From Hyalangium minutum (GTDB lineage: Bacteria; Myxococcota; Myxococcia; Myxococcales; Myxococcaceae), in assembly GCF_000737315.1 (NCBI RefSeq), contig NZ_JMCB01000001.1, positions 20,001 through 144,000 of the forward strand: a stretch of 124,000 bases of DNA, in the 5' to 3' direction. Made by a program: the position numbers and the translations under genes. Shown piece by piece: positions 19,611 to 27,564 of the stretch. The notes beneath the pieces were generated by a model, which did no database searches, was not told the DNA's origin, and saw nothing but the letters and a program-made list of their open reading frames with translations. Positions within the stretch are counted from its first letter, which is position 1; each line of letters opens with the position of its first letter.

Positions 19611-20720
19611 TTACGCCGTGAAGGTGTTGCGGAACGGCTGCACGGCCTTGCTGAGGTGATCCAGGCCGCGGAACAGGTGCAGCATGCGGCCGATGGAGTC
19701 GAAGTCCTTGCCGAGGCGCTCCTGGCGGCGGTTCAGCCAGCTGCCGGGCCCGGGGCGCGCGGTCAGGCCGCCGTCCTGCTCGTGGCGGCGCGACAGCTGC
19801 TCGGCCAGCTTGGACAGGCCCTTGAACACATCCGACAGGCCCTTGAACACGTCGCGCATCTGCTTCAGCAGCGCGTCGGCGCCCTGCTGCGCGCCCGACG
19901 GCTGGGTGGTCGGGGTGCCCGGAGCCAGATCCTTGCCCAGCTTGAAGGACTCGCCGCCGTTGTTGCTGCCGACGATCTCCTTGCCCGTGAAGGACCAGTC
20001 ATCGGTCTCCTTGCCCATCACGAACACGTCCTTGCCACCGAAGTCGTTGACGTGCTGGAAGCCGTCGTGGGTGACCTGGCCGGTCTTGCCCTTGCCCTTG
20101 TCGATGTCCGTCACCTGCACGCGGTCGTTGCCGGAGATGATGTCCAGGCCGCCGGTCACCGTCATGCCGTTGCCGTAGGGCTTGGTGGTGACGTTGATAC
20201 GGGTGCCGTCGCCCAGCACGAAGGTGCTGTCCTTCTTGAAGTCCCACTTGCCGCCGTCGCCCTCGGCCACGTGCGGGTCGCCCCAGATCTTCGTCTCCTT
20301 GCCGTCCGGACCGGAGATCTTCCAGTCGAACTGGCCGAGCTGCTCGATCTTGTAGCCGCCGGGGGTGGTCACCACGCCGTTGGAGCTCGTCTGCAGGCTG
20401 CCCTGGGGGTGCGAGCCCTGCGAGGGGTTCGGGGTCTCAGGACCCACCGCCATCTTCCACAGGTCGTCCAGCGAGCGGGGGCCCGTGGAGGACGGAGGAA
20501 CGAAGCCGGTGTTGCCGCCGGCCGCAGTGCCCGGCGAGGTGGCGCCGGGGGGAACGAAGCCGGTGTTGCCCGTGGCCGCGGTGCTCGGGGCCTGCGCGGA
20601 GGCGGCCTTGATCAGCTGCGCCTCGAGCTTGTTGAGCTTGCCCTCGAGGGTGCTCAGCTGGGAGCTGAGGGTGTTGAGAGGATTGGCTCCGATACCCACA
20701 GGCTTCGACGTGATCGACAT
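19611..20720 (-). CDS. DUF1521/MIIA-type (GDPH) putative T3SS substrate
   Basis: KIWGDPHV followed by WDFKKDSTFVLGDGTRI; no signal peptide; Ser/Thr-rich N-terminus. Confidence 0.7.
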   Translation of the reverse strand: MSITSKPVGIGANPLNTLSSQLSTLEGKLNKLEAQLIKAASAQAPSTAATGNTGFVPPGATSPGTAAGGNTGFVPPSSTGPRSLDDLWKMAVGPETPNPSQGSHPQGSLQTSSNGVVTTPGGYKIEQLGQFDWKISGPDGKETKIWGDPHVAEGDGGKWDFKKDSTFVLGDGTRINVTTKPYGNGMTVTGGLDIISGNDRVQVTDIDKGKGKTGQVTHDGFQHVNDFGGKDVFVMGKETDDWSFTGKEIVGSNNGGESFKLGKDLAPGTPTTQPSGAQQGADALLKQMRDVFKGLSDVFKGLSKLAEQLSRRHEQDGGLTARPGPGSWLNRRQERLGKDFDSIGRMLHLFRGLDHLSKAVQPFRNTFTA

Positions 20721-20804
20721 GATTACTATCCTTTTTGGTTAAAGCGCCGCGGCCGCCCCTCCGAGAGGGAGAAGCGCTGCCGCCCAGCGCATTTCTTACT
20801 ATGA

Positions 20805-20853
20805 GTATCGGCCCATCCGCTTCAGAGTTTCGTGGCGATTTTCACCAACATTA
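20805..20853 (-). promoter_or_regulatory. sigma28-like promoter of the GDPH protein gene
   Basis: Minus strand AATGTTGGTGAAAA...GAAACTCT-N11-GCCGATAC. Confidence 0.6.
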
Positions 20854-20946
20854 TCGGTCGCTTGACCGATGCACTGCCAGCTCCACCCGAGCGCAGATAG
20901 GCACACAAAGTCGCACCCGAGCGGTCGGATCGCGCGCTCGAAGCCC

Positions 20947-20998
20947 AAAACGAAACCGGCCCCGCGGAAGGACCTGAGGTCCTCGCGAGGCCGGCTCC
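20947..20998 (-). terminator. Intrinsic terminator of cassette 2
   Basis: GGAGCCGGCCTCGCGAGGACCTCAGGTCCTTCCGCGGGGCCGGTTTCGTTTT. Confidence 0.75.
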
Positions 20999-21026
20999 GA
21001 ACTGCTCTGTAGCGCCTACCCGGCTA

Positions 21027-21254
21027 TCACACCGCCAGGTTCTGGATGACGCTCTTGCTCATCTCGTGCAGCGCCTTCATCATCGTCGTCGCCAGCTGCA
21101 CCATCTCCTGCATCCGCTGCATCTCAGCCTGAACCTTCAGAAGGTTCTTCTGCTCCGCGGGGATGTTCTGGTTGTCGATCCACGAGTTCATCGTGCCGAC
21201 GTTGCTGTTGATGGTGCCAGAGAAGTTGTTGAAAACGCCGCCGAGGCTGGACAT
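21027..21254 (-). CDS. Putative needle/filament subunit, copy 2
   Basis: Identical to copy 1 except QAE for QSE. Confidence 0.7.
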   Translation of the reverse strand: MSSLGGVFNNFSGTINSNVGTMNSWIDNQNIPAEQKNLLKVQAEMQRMQEMVQLATTMMKALHEMSKSVIQNLAV

Positions 21255-21315
21255 GTGCGACTCCTTGAGACGGATGGGGTAGGAAGGGTGAACCGCGAAG
21301 CAGCTTACACCTGGA

Positions 21316-21364
21316 TTATCGGTTCTGGGCAGAGGGAGTTTCCTGGAATTTTCCGGATCATTTC
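21316..21364 (-). promoter_or_regulatory. sigma28-like promoter plus box, cassette 2
   Basis: GAAACTCC-N11-ACCGATAA, identical to cassette 1. Confidence 0.7.
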
Positions 21365-21436
21365 CTACCTCCCGGATCCCCTCGAGTCGCCTGAGCCTCT
21401 GAGCCCAGTTCGGCGCCCGCGGGCTCCTGCGGCGCC

Positions 21437-21488
21437 AAAACGAAACCGGCCCCGCGGAAGGACCTGAGGTCCTCGCGAGGCCGGCTCC
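21437..21488 (-). terminator. Intrinsic terminator of cassette 3
   Basis: Same hairpin and T-tract as cassette 2. Confidence 0.75.
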
Positions 21489-21516
21489 GAGCTGCTCTGT
21501 AGCGCCTACCCGGCTA

Positions 21517-21744
21517 TCACACCGCCAGGTTCTGGATGACGCTCTTGCTCATCTCGTGCAGCGCCTTCATCATCGTCGTCGCCAGCTGCACCATCTCCTG
21601 CATCCGCTGCATCTCGGACTGAACCTTCAGAAGGTTCTTCTGCTCCGCGGGGATGTTCTGGTTGTCGATCCACGAGTTCATCGTGCCGACGTTGCTGTTG
21701 ATGGTGCCAGAGAAGTTGTTGAAAACGCCGCCGAGGCTGGACAT
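21517..21744 (-). CDS. Putative needle/filament subunit, copy 3
   Basis: Protein identical to copy 1. Confidence 0.7.
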   Translation of the reverse strand: MSSLGGVFNNFSGTINSNVGTMNSWIDNQNIPAEQKNLLKVQSEMQRMQEMVQLATTMMKALHEMSKSVIQNLAV

Positions 21745-21806
21745 GTGTGACTCCTGAGAGTGGGAAATTCGTTTGGGGAAGGGAAAGTAACTGCCTGACA
21801 AGCTGA

Positions 21807-21856
21807 TTATCGGGCCAGCCCTGCCGGAGTTTCCTGCGACTTTTCCGGATCATTTC
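21807..21856 (-). promoter_or_regulatory. sigma28-like promoter plus box, cassette 3
   Basis: GAAATGATCCGGAAAA...GAAACTCC-N11-CCCGATAA. Confidence 0.7.
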
Positions 21857-21926
21857 CTACCTCCCGGATCCCCGAGTCGCCTGAGCCTCTGAGCCCAGCT
21901 CAGCTCCCGGGGGCTCCCCAGGCCCC

Positions 21927-21978
21927 AAAACGAAACCGGCCCCGCGGAAGGACCTGAGGTCCTCGCGAGGCCGGCTCC
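21927..21978 (-). terminator. Intrinsic terminator of cassette 4
   Basis: Same hairpin and T-tract. Confidence 0.75.
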
Positions 21979-22006
21979 GAACTGCTCTGTAGCGCCTACC
22001 CGGCTA

Positions 22007-22234
22007 TCACACCGCCAGGTTCTGGATGACGCTCTTGCTCATCTCGTGCAGCGCCTTCATCATCGTCGTCGCCAGCTGCACCATCTCCTGCATCCGCTGC
22101 ATCTCAGCCTGAACCTTCAGAAGGTTCTTCTGCTCCGCGGGGATGTTCTGGTTGTCGATCCACGAGTTCATCGTGCCGACGTTGCTGTTGATGGTGCCAG
22201 AGAAGTTGTTGAAAACACCGCCGAGGCTGGACAT
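22007..22234 (-). CDS. Putative needle/filament subunit, copy 4
   Basis: Protein identical to copy 2 (QAE). Confidence 0.7.
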   Translation of the reverse strand: MSSLGGVFNNFSGTINSNVGTMNSWIDNQNIPAEQKNLLKVQAEMQRMQEMVQLATTMMKALHEMSKSVIQNLAV

Positions 22235-22297
22235 GTGCGACTCCTTGAGAAAGCAGGGTGGGTGGGAGCGGCCGACAGCAGCCGCCTGACAAAATGA

Positions 22298-22347
22298 TTC
22301 TCGTGCCCACTCAGGAAAAGTTTCCTGGGGACTTTCTGGATCATTTT
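22298..22347 (-). promoter_or_regulatory. Degenerate sigma28-like promoter plus box, cassette 4
   Basis: AAATGATCCAGAAAG...GAAACTTT-N11-CACGAGAA. Confidence 0.5.
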
Positions 22348-22385
22348 TCTGAGCCCAGCCGCCTGGAGTTTCCGGCTCCCGCAAC

Positions 22386-22432
22386 AAAACCGGCCTCGCG
22401 GAAGGACCTGAGGTCCTCGCGAGGCCGGCTCC
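22386..22432 (-). terminator. Intrinsic terminator of cassette 5
   Basis: Variant of the same hairpin with a GTTTTGTT tail. Confidence 0.7.
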
Positions 22433-22461
22433 GCACTCCCCTGAAGCGACTGCCGGAGGAA

Positions 22462-22692
22462 TTACACCGACAGGTTCTGGATGGTGCTCTTGCTCATCTC
22501 GTGCAGCGCCTTCATCAGCGTGGTGGCCAGCTGGGTCATCTCCTGCATCCGCTGCATCTCGGACTGAACCTTCAGCAGGTTCTTCTGCTCCGCCGGGATG
22601 TTCTGGTTGTCAATCCACGAGTTCATCGTGTTGACGTTGCTGTTGATGGTGCCCTGGAACTGGTTGAAGACGCCCTGCAGTGCCTGCGACAT
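22462..22692 (-). CDS. Putative needle/filament subunit, divergent copy 5 (76 aa)
   Basis: MSQALQGVFNQFQGTINSNVN...STIQNLSV; same core, different N-terminus. Confidence 0.7.
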   Translation of the reverse strand: MSQALQGVFNQFQGTINSNVNTMNSWIDNQNIPAEQKNLLKVQSEMQRMQEMTQLATTLMKALHEMSKSTIQNLSV

Positions 22693-22752
22693 GATTGACT
22701 CCGTATATGAGTGATCCGCCAGTCAGTGGCGGCTATGACTTCCTTGCCCTGA

Positions 22753-22802
22753 TTATCGGAGTCACCACCCCCGAGTTGCTTGGGGATTTTCGGAATCATT
22801 TC
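22753..22802 (-). promoter_or_regulatory. sigma28-like promoter plus box, cassette 5
   Basis: GAAATGATTCCGAAAA...GCAACTCG-N11-TCCGATAA. Confidence 0.65.
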
Positions 22803-22859
22803 GCCGCCAGTGCGAGCTCCGGAGCCGGTGGCGCGGAGGCCTGGAGGCCCTCGAGGCCC

Positions 22860-22911
22860 AAAACGAAACCGGCCCCGCGGAAGGACCTGAGGTCCTCGCG
22901 AGGCCGGCTCC
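22860..22911 (-). terminator. Intrinsic terminator of cassette 6
   Basis: Same hairpin and T-tract. Confidence 0.75.
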
Positions 22912-22939
22912 GAACTGCTCTGTAGCGCCTACCCGGCTA

Positions 22940-23167
22940 TCACACCGCCAGGTTCTGGATGACGCTCTTGCTCATCTCGTGCAGCGCCTTCATCATCGTC
23001 GTCGCCAGCTGCACCATCTCCTGCATCCGCTGCATCTCGGACTGAACCTTCAGAAGGTTCTTCTGCTCCGCAGGGATGTTCTGGTTGTCGATCCACGAGT
23101 TCATCGTGCCGACGTTGCTGTTGATGGTGCCAGAGAAGTTGTTGAAAACGCCGCCGAGGCTGGACAT
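22940..23167 (-). CDS. Putative needle/filament subunit, copy 6
   Basis: Protein identical to copy 1. Confidence 0.7.
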   Translation of the reverse strand: MSSLGGVFNNFSGTINSNVGTMNSWIDNQNIPAEQKNLLKVQSEMQRMQEMVQLATTMMKALHEMSKSVIQNLAV

Positions 23168-23230
23168 GTGTGACTCCTGAGAGTGGGAAATTCGTTTGGG
23201 GGAAGCGAAAGTAACCGCCTGACAGCCTGA

Positions 23231-23280
23231 TTATCGGACCCACACCGCCGGAGTTTCCTCCGGTTTTCCAGGATCATTTC
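23231..23280 (-). promoter_or_regulatory. sigma28-like promoter plus box, cassette 6
   Basis: GAAATGATCCTGGAAAA...GAAACTCC-N11-TCCGATAA. Confidence 0.7.
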
Positions 23281-23305
23281 CTGGTCGGCCAAGTCCTTGA
23301 AATCA

Positions 23306-23941
23306 CTAGCCCTTCAGCTTGCCGATGGAGGGGTTCTTCATCCAGGTCTTGAAGGACTCGAGCTGCTGCTGCTCGGACTTGGGCTCCTGGGCAGCCGGGG
23401 CCTTGGGGGGCGCGGCCGTCTCCGGGTTGAGCGTCATCTTGCTGGGCTTGGAGCCACCCCCCTCAAAACCATCCTGCGCCTTCTTGGCGCCAGGGGCCAC
23501 GGGAGCCGCAGGGGCCGCAGGGGCCGCGACGCCGCCGGCCACGTTCGGAACCTGGACGCCCTCGAGGAGCGACGGGCCCATGATCTTCTCGGGGATCTTC
23601 ACGCCCTCGGGCAGCTGCATCTGGCCGGTGAAGCCGAAGGCCACCAGACGCTTCTGCATGTACTCCACGCACTGCATGATGATGGCCGGGGGCGGCAGGA
23701 CGGGATCCTTCATGAAGCGCATGAAGGCGTCCTTCACGTCCTGGTAGATCTGCATGTCGAACGGCGAGCCCGGGCGCGTGTGCAGCATCAGCTCGTGGAA
23801 CTTGCGCAGCAGGGGCTGCGCGGTGCCGGTGGCCGCCTTGGCCTGCTTCTCGACCTCGGGAATCAGCCGCTCACGCTCTGCCGCCAGCTCGGGCGGCTCG
23901 GGGGGAAACTGCGGGGCATTGGGGTTCTTCGCGTTCGACAT
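23306..23941 (-). CDS. Hypothetical T3SS-associated protein
   Basis: Clean 211-aa ORF co-oriented with the locus; Pro/Ala-rich middle. Confidence 0.65.
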   Translation of the reverse strand: MSNAKNPNAPQFPPEPPELAAERERLIPEVEKQAKAATGTAQPLLRKFHELMLHTRPGSPFDMQIYQDVKDAFMRFMKDPVLPPPAIIMQCVEYMQKRLVAFGFTGQMQLPEGVKIPEKIMGPSLLEGVQVPNVAGGVAAPAAPAAPVAPGAKKAQDGFEGGGSKPSKMTLNPETAAPPKAPAAQEPKSEQQQLESFKTWMKNPSIGKLKG

Positions 23942-24078
23942 GAGGCGGGCTCCTCCCGGGGTAGGGGTGCGCTAAATCTACACGATTGCCCCATGCTAAC
24001 AGCAAAGGGGATTCCCCGATCAAGCTTACGGCTGGGAGTTTACGCGTCTTTGCCCTGCCCCGGCCCTACCGGAGAGGC

Positions 24079-24555
24079 TCAGCGGCGACCCGTGAGCGAG
24101 GAAATCATCGCATTGGCCTTCCGAGTCACCGGGTCATCCTCCGCAGCCAGCGAGGCGGCGCGGCGCAGATCCTCGATGGCCTGCGACTTCTGGCCCATGG
24201 TGAGCTTCACCTCGGCGCGGCCCACGTAGGCCTGGGCATCGTCCGAGGCCAGCTTGATGGCCACGTCATAGGCGGCCAGCGCGCCCTGGGCGTTGCCCGC
24301 GGCCAGCTCCACCACCCCGAGCGCCTTGGCGAAGTACGGATCCGTGGGGTTCACCGCGTAGAGCCCCTGGAAGAGCGTCCGCGCCTCGTTCACCCGGCCC
24401 TGGTGGAAGAAGAAGTAGGCCGTCTTGGCGATGGCGTAGAGCTCATCGTCTGAGTAGCCGCGCACGTCGCGCAGGGTCGCCTTGCCGTCCGCCCACTTCT
24501 GCAGGGCCGCGACGAGCTTCGCCTCTTCCTGGGGGCTGTTGGGGTCCGCAGCCAT
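24079..24555 (-). CDS. SycD/LcrH-family (or SctY-like) TPR chaperone
   Basis: GYSDDELYAIAKTAYFFFHQGRVNEARTLFQGLYAVNP. Confidence 0.8.
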   Translation of the reverse strand: MAADPNSPQEEAKLVAALQKWADGKATLRDVRGYSDDELYAIAKTAYFFFHQGRVNEARTLFQGLYAVNPTDPYFAKALGVVELAAGNAQGALAAYDVAIKLASDDAQAYVGRAEVKLTMGQKSQAIEDLRRAASLAAEDDPVTRKANAMISSLTGRR

Positions 24556-24559
24556 GATG

Positions 24560-25036
24560 CTAGTAGCCCTCGTCCTTCTGCTCCTCGCGGATGCGGCGCA
24601 TGATCTCCTGCACCTCGGAGTTCACCTGGCCCACCAGCGTCAGCATCTGCGACTCGCGCTGGAGCAGGGCCTTGAGCCGCTCCATGCGATCCGGCGGCGC
24701 GTTGATGCGCGACAGGCCACGCTCCATGAGCCGGCGCTGATCATTCTCCCCACGCTCGGCCACGCTCTCCAGCTGGGGCCGGTCCGAGAAGCCCTCGAGC
24801 GGCGCGTCATTCTGACGAGGATTGGCCGGGGTGGGCAGCCGCAGCTCCTCGGAGGAGTGCGCCGGACCGATGAAGTCCAGCAGCGCCGCCGAGGCAAGCG
24901 CCGGGTTCTTCGGGTTGCCGGTCTTCTTGGTGTTCTTGCGGTTGAGCTGCGTGCGATCGACAAGCCGCTCACGGACGCTGCGGGGACCACCCCAGGGCCA
25001 CAGCGGCGCAGGGGGTTGATTGTTGATCTTCGCCAT
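24560..25036 (-). CDS. Hypothetical T3SS-associated protein (SctX-like candidate)
   Basis: 158 aa immediately upstream of a TPR chaperone; coiled-coil C-terminus. Confidence 0.55.
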   Translation of the reverse strand: MAKINNQPPAPLWPWGGPRSVRERLVDRTQLNRKNTKKTGNPKNPALASAALLDFIGPAHSSEELRLPTPANPRQNDAPLEGFSDRPQLESVAERGENDQRRLMERGLSRINAPPDRMERLKALLQRESQMLTLVGQVNSEVQEIMRRIREEQKDEGY

Positions 25037-25080
25037 GGTTGTGCAACCTCACTCCAGAACAGGGCCGTTCGTCCAGTCCC

Positions 25081-25365
25081 CTACTTCTTGGCGCCGCTCG
25101 CCTGCTGCTCCTGCTGCAGGGCGTAAACGAAGTTCAGCACCTCGGCCACCGCGTCATACAGCTCCTCGGGGACTTCCTGGCCCACGTCGACGCGGTAGAG
25201 CGCATTGGCCAGGGGGAGATTCTTCATGATGGGGATGTTGTACTGCTTGGCAATCTCGCGGATTTTCTCCGCCTTGAGGCGCATCCCCTTGGCCACGACC
25301 CGAGGCGCGCCGTCCTTCTCCTTGTCGTACTTCAGCGCGATCGCGATCTCCGTCTCGTCGTTCAT
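25081..25365 (-). CDS. Stand-alone FlhB/SctU C-terminal-domain protein
   Basis: [21 protein letters not shown]...[15 protein letters not shown], nearly identical to the SctU C-terminus. Confidence 0.9.
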   Translation of the reverse strand: MNDETEIAIALKYDKEKDGAPRVVAKGMRLKAEKIREIAKQYNIPIMKNLPLANALYRVDVGQEVPEELYDAVAEVLNFVYALQQEQQASGAKK

Positions 25366-25398
25366 GGCTGCCCTGGATGATACCCCGGCCGGGCCCCG

Positions 25399-26460
25399 CT
25401 AGGCGCGGGCCGGGGAGCCCTCTTTCAGGCCGTAGACGAAGTTCAGCACCTCGGCCACCGCGTCATACAGCTCCTCGGGGATGTCCTGGCCCACGTCCAC
25501 CCGGAGCAGCGCGTGCGCCAACGGCACGTTGCGCAGCAGGGGCACGTCGGCGGCCTTGGCCAGCGCCTTGATCTGCTCGGCCTTGGAGTCCAGGCCCTTG
25601 GCGAGCACCCGGGGCGCGCCGTCCTTCTCCCGGTCGTACTTGAGCGCCACGGCGACGTGGTCCGGGTTGGTGACGATCACGTCGGCGCCCTTCACGGACT
25701 CCATCTGAGCGCTCTCCATGATCTCCTGGTGCATCTGCTTGCGGTGCGCCTTGTGGTGCGGATCGCCCTCGCTCTCCTTGTATTCCTTCTTCACCTCGTC
25801 CTTCGACATCATCATGTCCTTCATGTAGGACTTTCGCTGCCACCAGATGTCGAAGATGGAGAAGAGCAGGAAGATGAGGCCGATCTTGAAGGCGACGCGG
25901 TAGACCATCTCCCCCATCACCCCCATGATCCCCGGCACGTCCATGCGCACCGTCTGGACCACCATGCCCATGCCGTCGCGGATGACGCCGAAGATGACGT
26001 AGCCCGCGACGCTGATCTTGGCCAGGTTCTTGATCAGCTCCACGGCCGTCTTCTTGGAGAACATGTTCTTGAGGCCCTGGATGGGATTCAGCTTCTCCAG
26101 CTTGGGCATCAAGGGGTCCAGGGTGAAGAGCGAGCCCACCTGGAGGAACTCGGCCAGCCCGGCCACCACCGCGCAGGCGCCGATGACGGGTGCCACCAGC
26201 GTGAGCACCGCGCTCAAGCCCATCTCCATCAGATGGAAGGTGGCGATCTGCAGCGAGTCCGGCTTCGACATCTGATCGAACGAGTAGCGGAAGAGGATCG
26301 TCACCTTCTCTTCGATGTTGCCCCAGGTGGCCTTGACGGCGCCCAGCCCCACGAGCAGCACGAACACGCCCGTCAGGTCCTTGCTCTTCCAGACCTGGCC
26401 CTTCTTGCGTGAGTCCTGCAGCTTCTTTTGTGTGGGTTCTTCTGTCTTCTCGTCGGACAT
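25399..26460 (-). CDS. sctU: T3SS substrate-specificity switch, FlhB family
   Basis: EKTEEPTQKKLQDSRKKGQV, KESEGDP and NPDH motifs. Confidence 0.95.
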   Translation of the reverse strand: MSDEKTEEPTQKKLQDSRKKGQVWKSKDLTGVFVLLVGLGAVKATWGNIEEKVTILFRYSFDQMSKPDSLQIATFHLMEMGLSAVLTLVAPVIGACAVVAGLAEFLQVGSLFTLDPLMPKLEKLNPIQGLKNMFSKKTAVELIKNLAKISVAGYVIFGVIRDGMGMVVQTVRMDVPGIMGVMGEMVYRVAFKIGLIFLLFSIFDIWWQRKSYMKDMMMSKDEVKKEYKESEGDPHHKAHRKQMHQEIMESAQMESVKGADVIVTNPDHVAVALKYDREKDGAPRVLAKGLDSKAEQIKALAKAADVPLLRNVPLAHALLRVDVGQDIPEELYDAVAEVLNFVYGLKEGSPARA

Positions 26461-26475
26461 GGCGGGCGCCGGGTG

Positions 26476-27294
26476 TCAGCTGAGGAGTCTGATGGCGTGC
26501 TTCAGGATCGCCAGCATGGAGGCGAACTCGTCCTGGAAGCGCCCGATGATCATCTGAATGGAGATACCGAAGATGATGGCGGCCACCATGGGCTTGATGG
26601 CCATGGCGATGAAGAAGACCTGGAGGTTGGTCGCCACACGGTTGATGGCGCCCATGCCCAGGTCCGTCAGGAAGGTGGCCAGCACGACGGGCGCCGACAG
26701 GATGAGGGAGATCCTCAGGAGGTCCGCGAAGACGCGGATCGACACCTCGAAGAAGGGCCAAAGTCCGGCGCTGAACCGGGGGAAGCCGTCCAGTGGGACG
26801 GCGACGAAGCTGTCGGCCAGGGCCTCGATGACGACGTGGTGCCCGTTGAGCGTGAGGAAGAGCACCACGGCCAGCTGCGTCTTCAAGTTGGAGTAGAGCG
26901 TCACCTGCTGGCCGAGCTGGGGCACGTAGAGCTGGGCGTTGTTGCTGCCCATCATGGTGTCCGCCAGGTTTCCTGCCACGCGGGCCGCGTCGAAGATGGC
27001 GCTGACGATGAACGCCAGCGACATGCCGATGAAGATCTCCTTGAGCAGCAGCGCGATGTAGGGCAGCGGTTGGCTGGGGATGGTCCCCATCCGCTGCGCC
27101 ACGAGGGGGAACATCACGATCGACAAGGTGATGCCGACGCCCATCTTCACTTCCGTGGGCGTGACCTCTCCGCCGAGGAACGGCGAGAAGATGATCACCG
27201 GCAGGACCCGGCACATGATCAGGCCCACGGCGAAGATGATGAGCTGGATGTTGGCCTGCTCGGCCAACTTCGCGATCGCTTCCGAGGCGTTCAT
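26476..27294 (-). CDS. sctT: T3SS export apparatus, FliR family
   Basis: Polytopic membrane protein with EIFIG...AGNLAD; in the R-S-T-U gene order. Confidence 0.92.
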   Translation of the reverse strand: MNASEAIAKLAEQANIQLIIFAVGLIMCRVLPVIIFSPFLGGEVTPTEVKMGVGITLSIVMFPLVAQRMGTIPSQPLPYIALLLKEIFIGMSLAFIVSAIFDAARVAGNLADTMMGSNNAQLYVPQLGQQVTLYSNLKTQLAVVLFLTLNGHHVVIEALADSFVAVPLDGFPRFSAGLWPFFEVSIRVFADLLRISLILSAPVVLATFLTDLGMGAINRVATNLQVFFIAMAIKPMVAAIIFGISIQMIIGRFQDEFASMLAILKHAIRLLS

Positions 27295-27554
27295 CGAATG
27301 ATGGCGGGGAACCGGTCGAAGACGTGGAAGGTGAAGCGCACGAGCTGGTGGCCGATCCACGGGCCCACCATGGCCAGCGTGACGAAGACAATGACCATCT
27401 TCGGCGCGAAGGTGAGCGTCTGCTCCTGGATCTGCGTCGTGGCCTGGAACAGGGCGATGATGAAGCCCACCAGGAGGCTGATGATGACAGGCGGCGCCGA
27501 GGCGACGAGCACCAGGAAGAGCGCCTGCTGAGTGATGACCGTCAGTTGGTGCAT
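27291..27554 (-). CDS. sctS: T3SS export apparatus, FliQ family
   Basis: LFQATTQIQEQTLTFAPK. Confidence 0.95.
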   Translation of the reverse strand: MHQLTVITQQALFLVLVASAPPVIISLLVGFIIALFQATTQIQEQTLTFAPKMVIVFVTLAMVGPWIGHQLVRFTFHVFDRFPAIIR

Positions 27555-27564
27555 GGCGTTCCTC

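Larger units (their letters stand above)
20947..23280 (-). repeat. Tandem array of five promoter-ORF-terminator cassettes (period 455-490 bp)
   Basis: ORF stops at 21027, 21517, 22007, 22462 and 22940; coding and terminator sequences near-identical, spacers mosaic. Confidence 0.95.

Noticed and set aside
20947-23280. Repeat array as CRISPR or REP cluster
   Set aside because: Units are 455-490 bp and contain intact ORFs with RBS, promoter and terminator; there are no short repeat-spacer units and no cas genes.
17222-23280. Repeated cassettes as an assembly artefact
   Set aside because: Copies differ in synonymous sites, stop codons, leaders and promoter spacers, and one is clearly divergent. 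Exact copy number still merits a long-read check.
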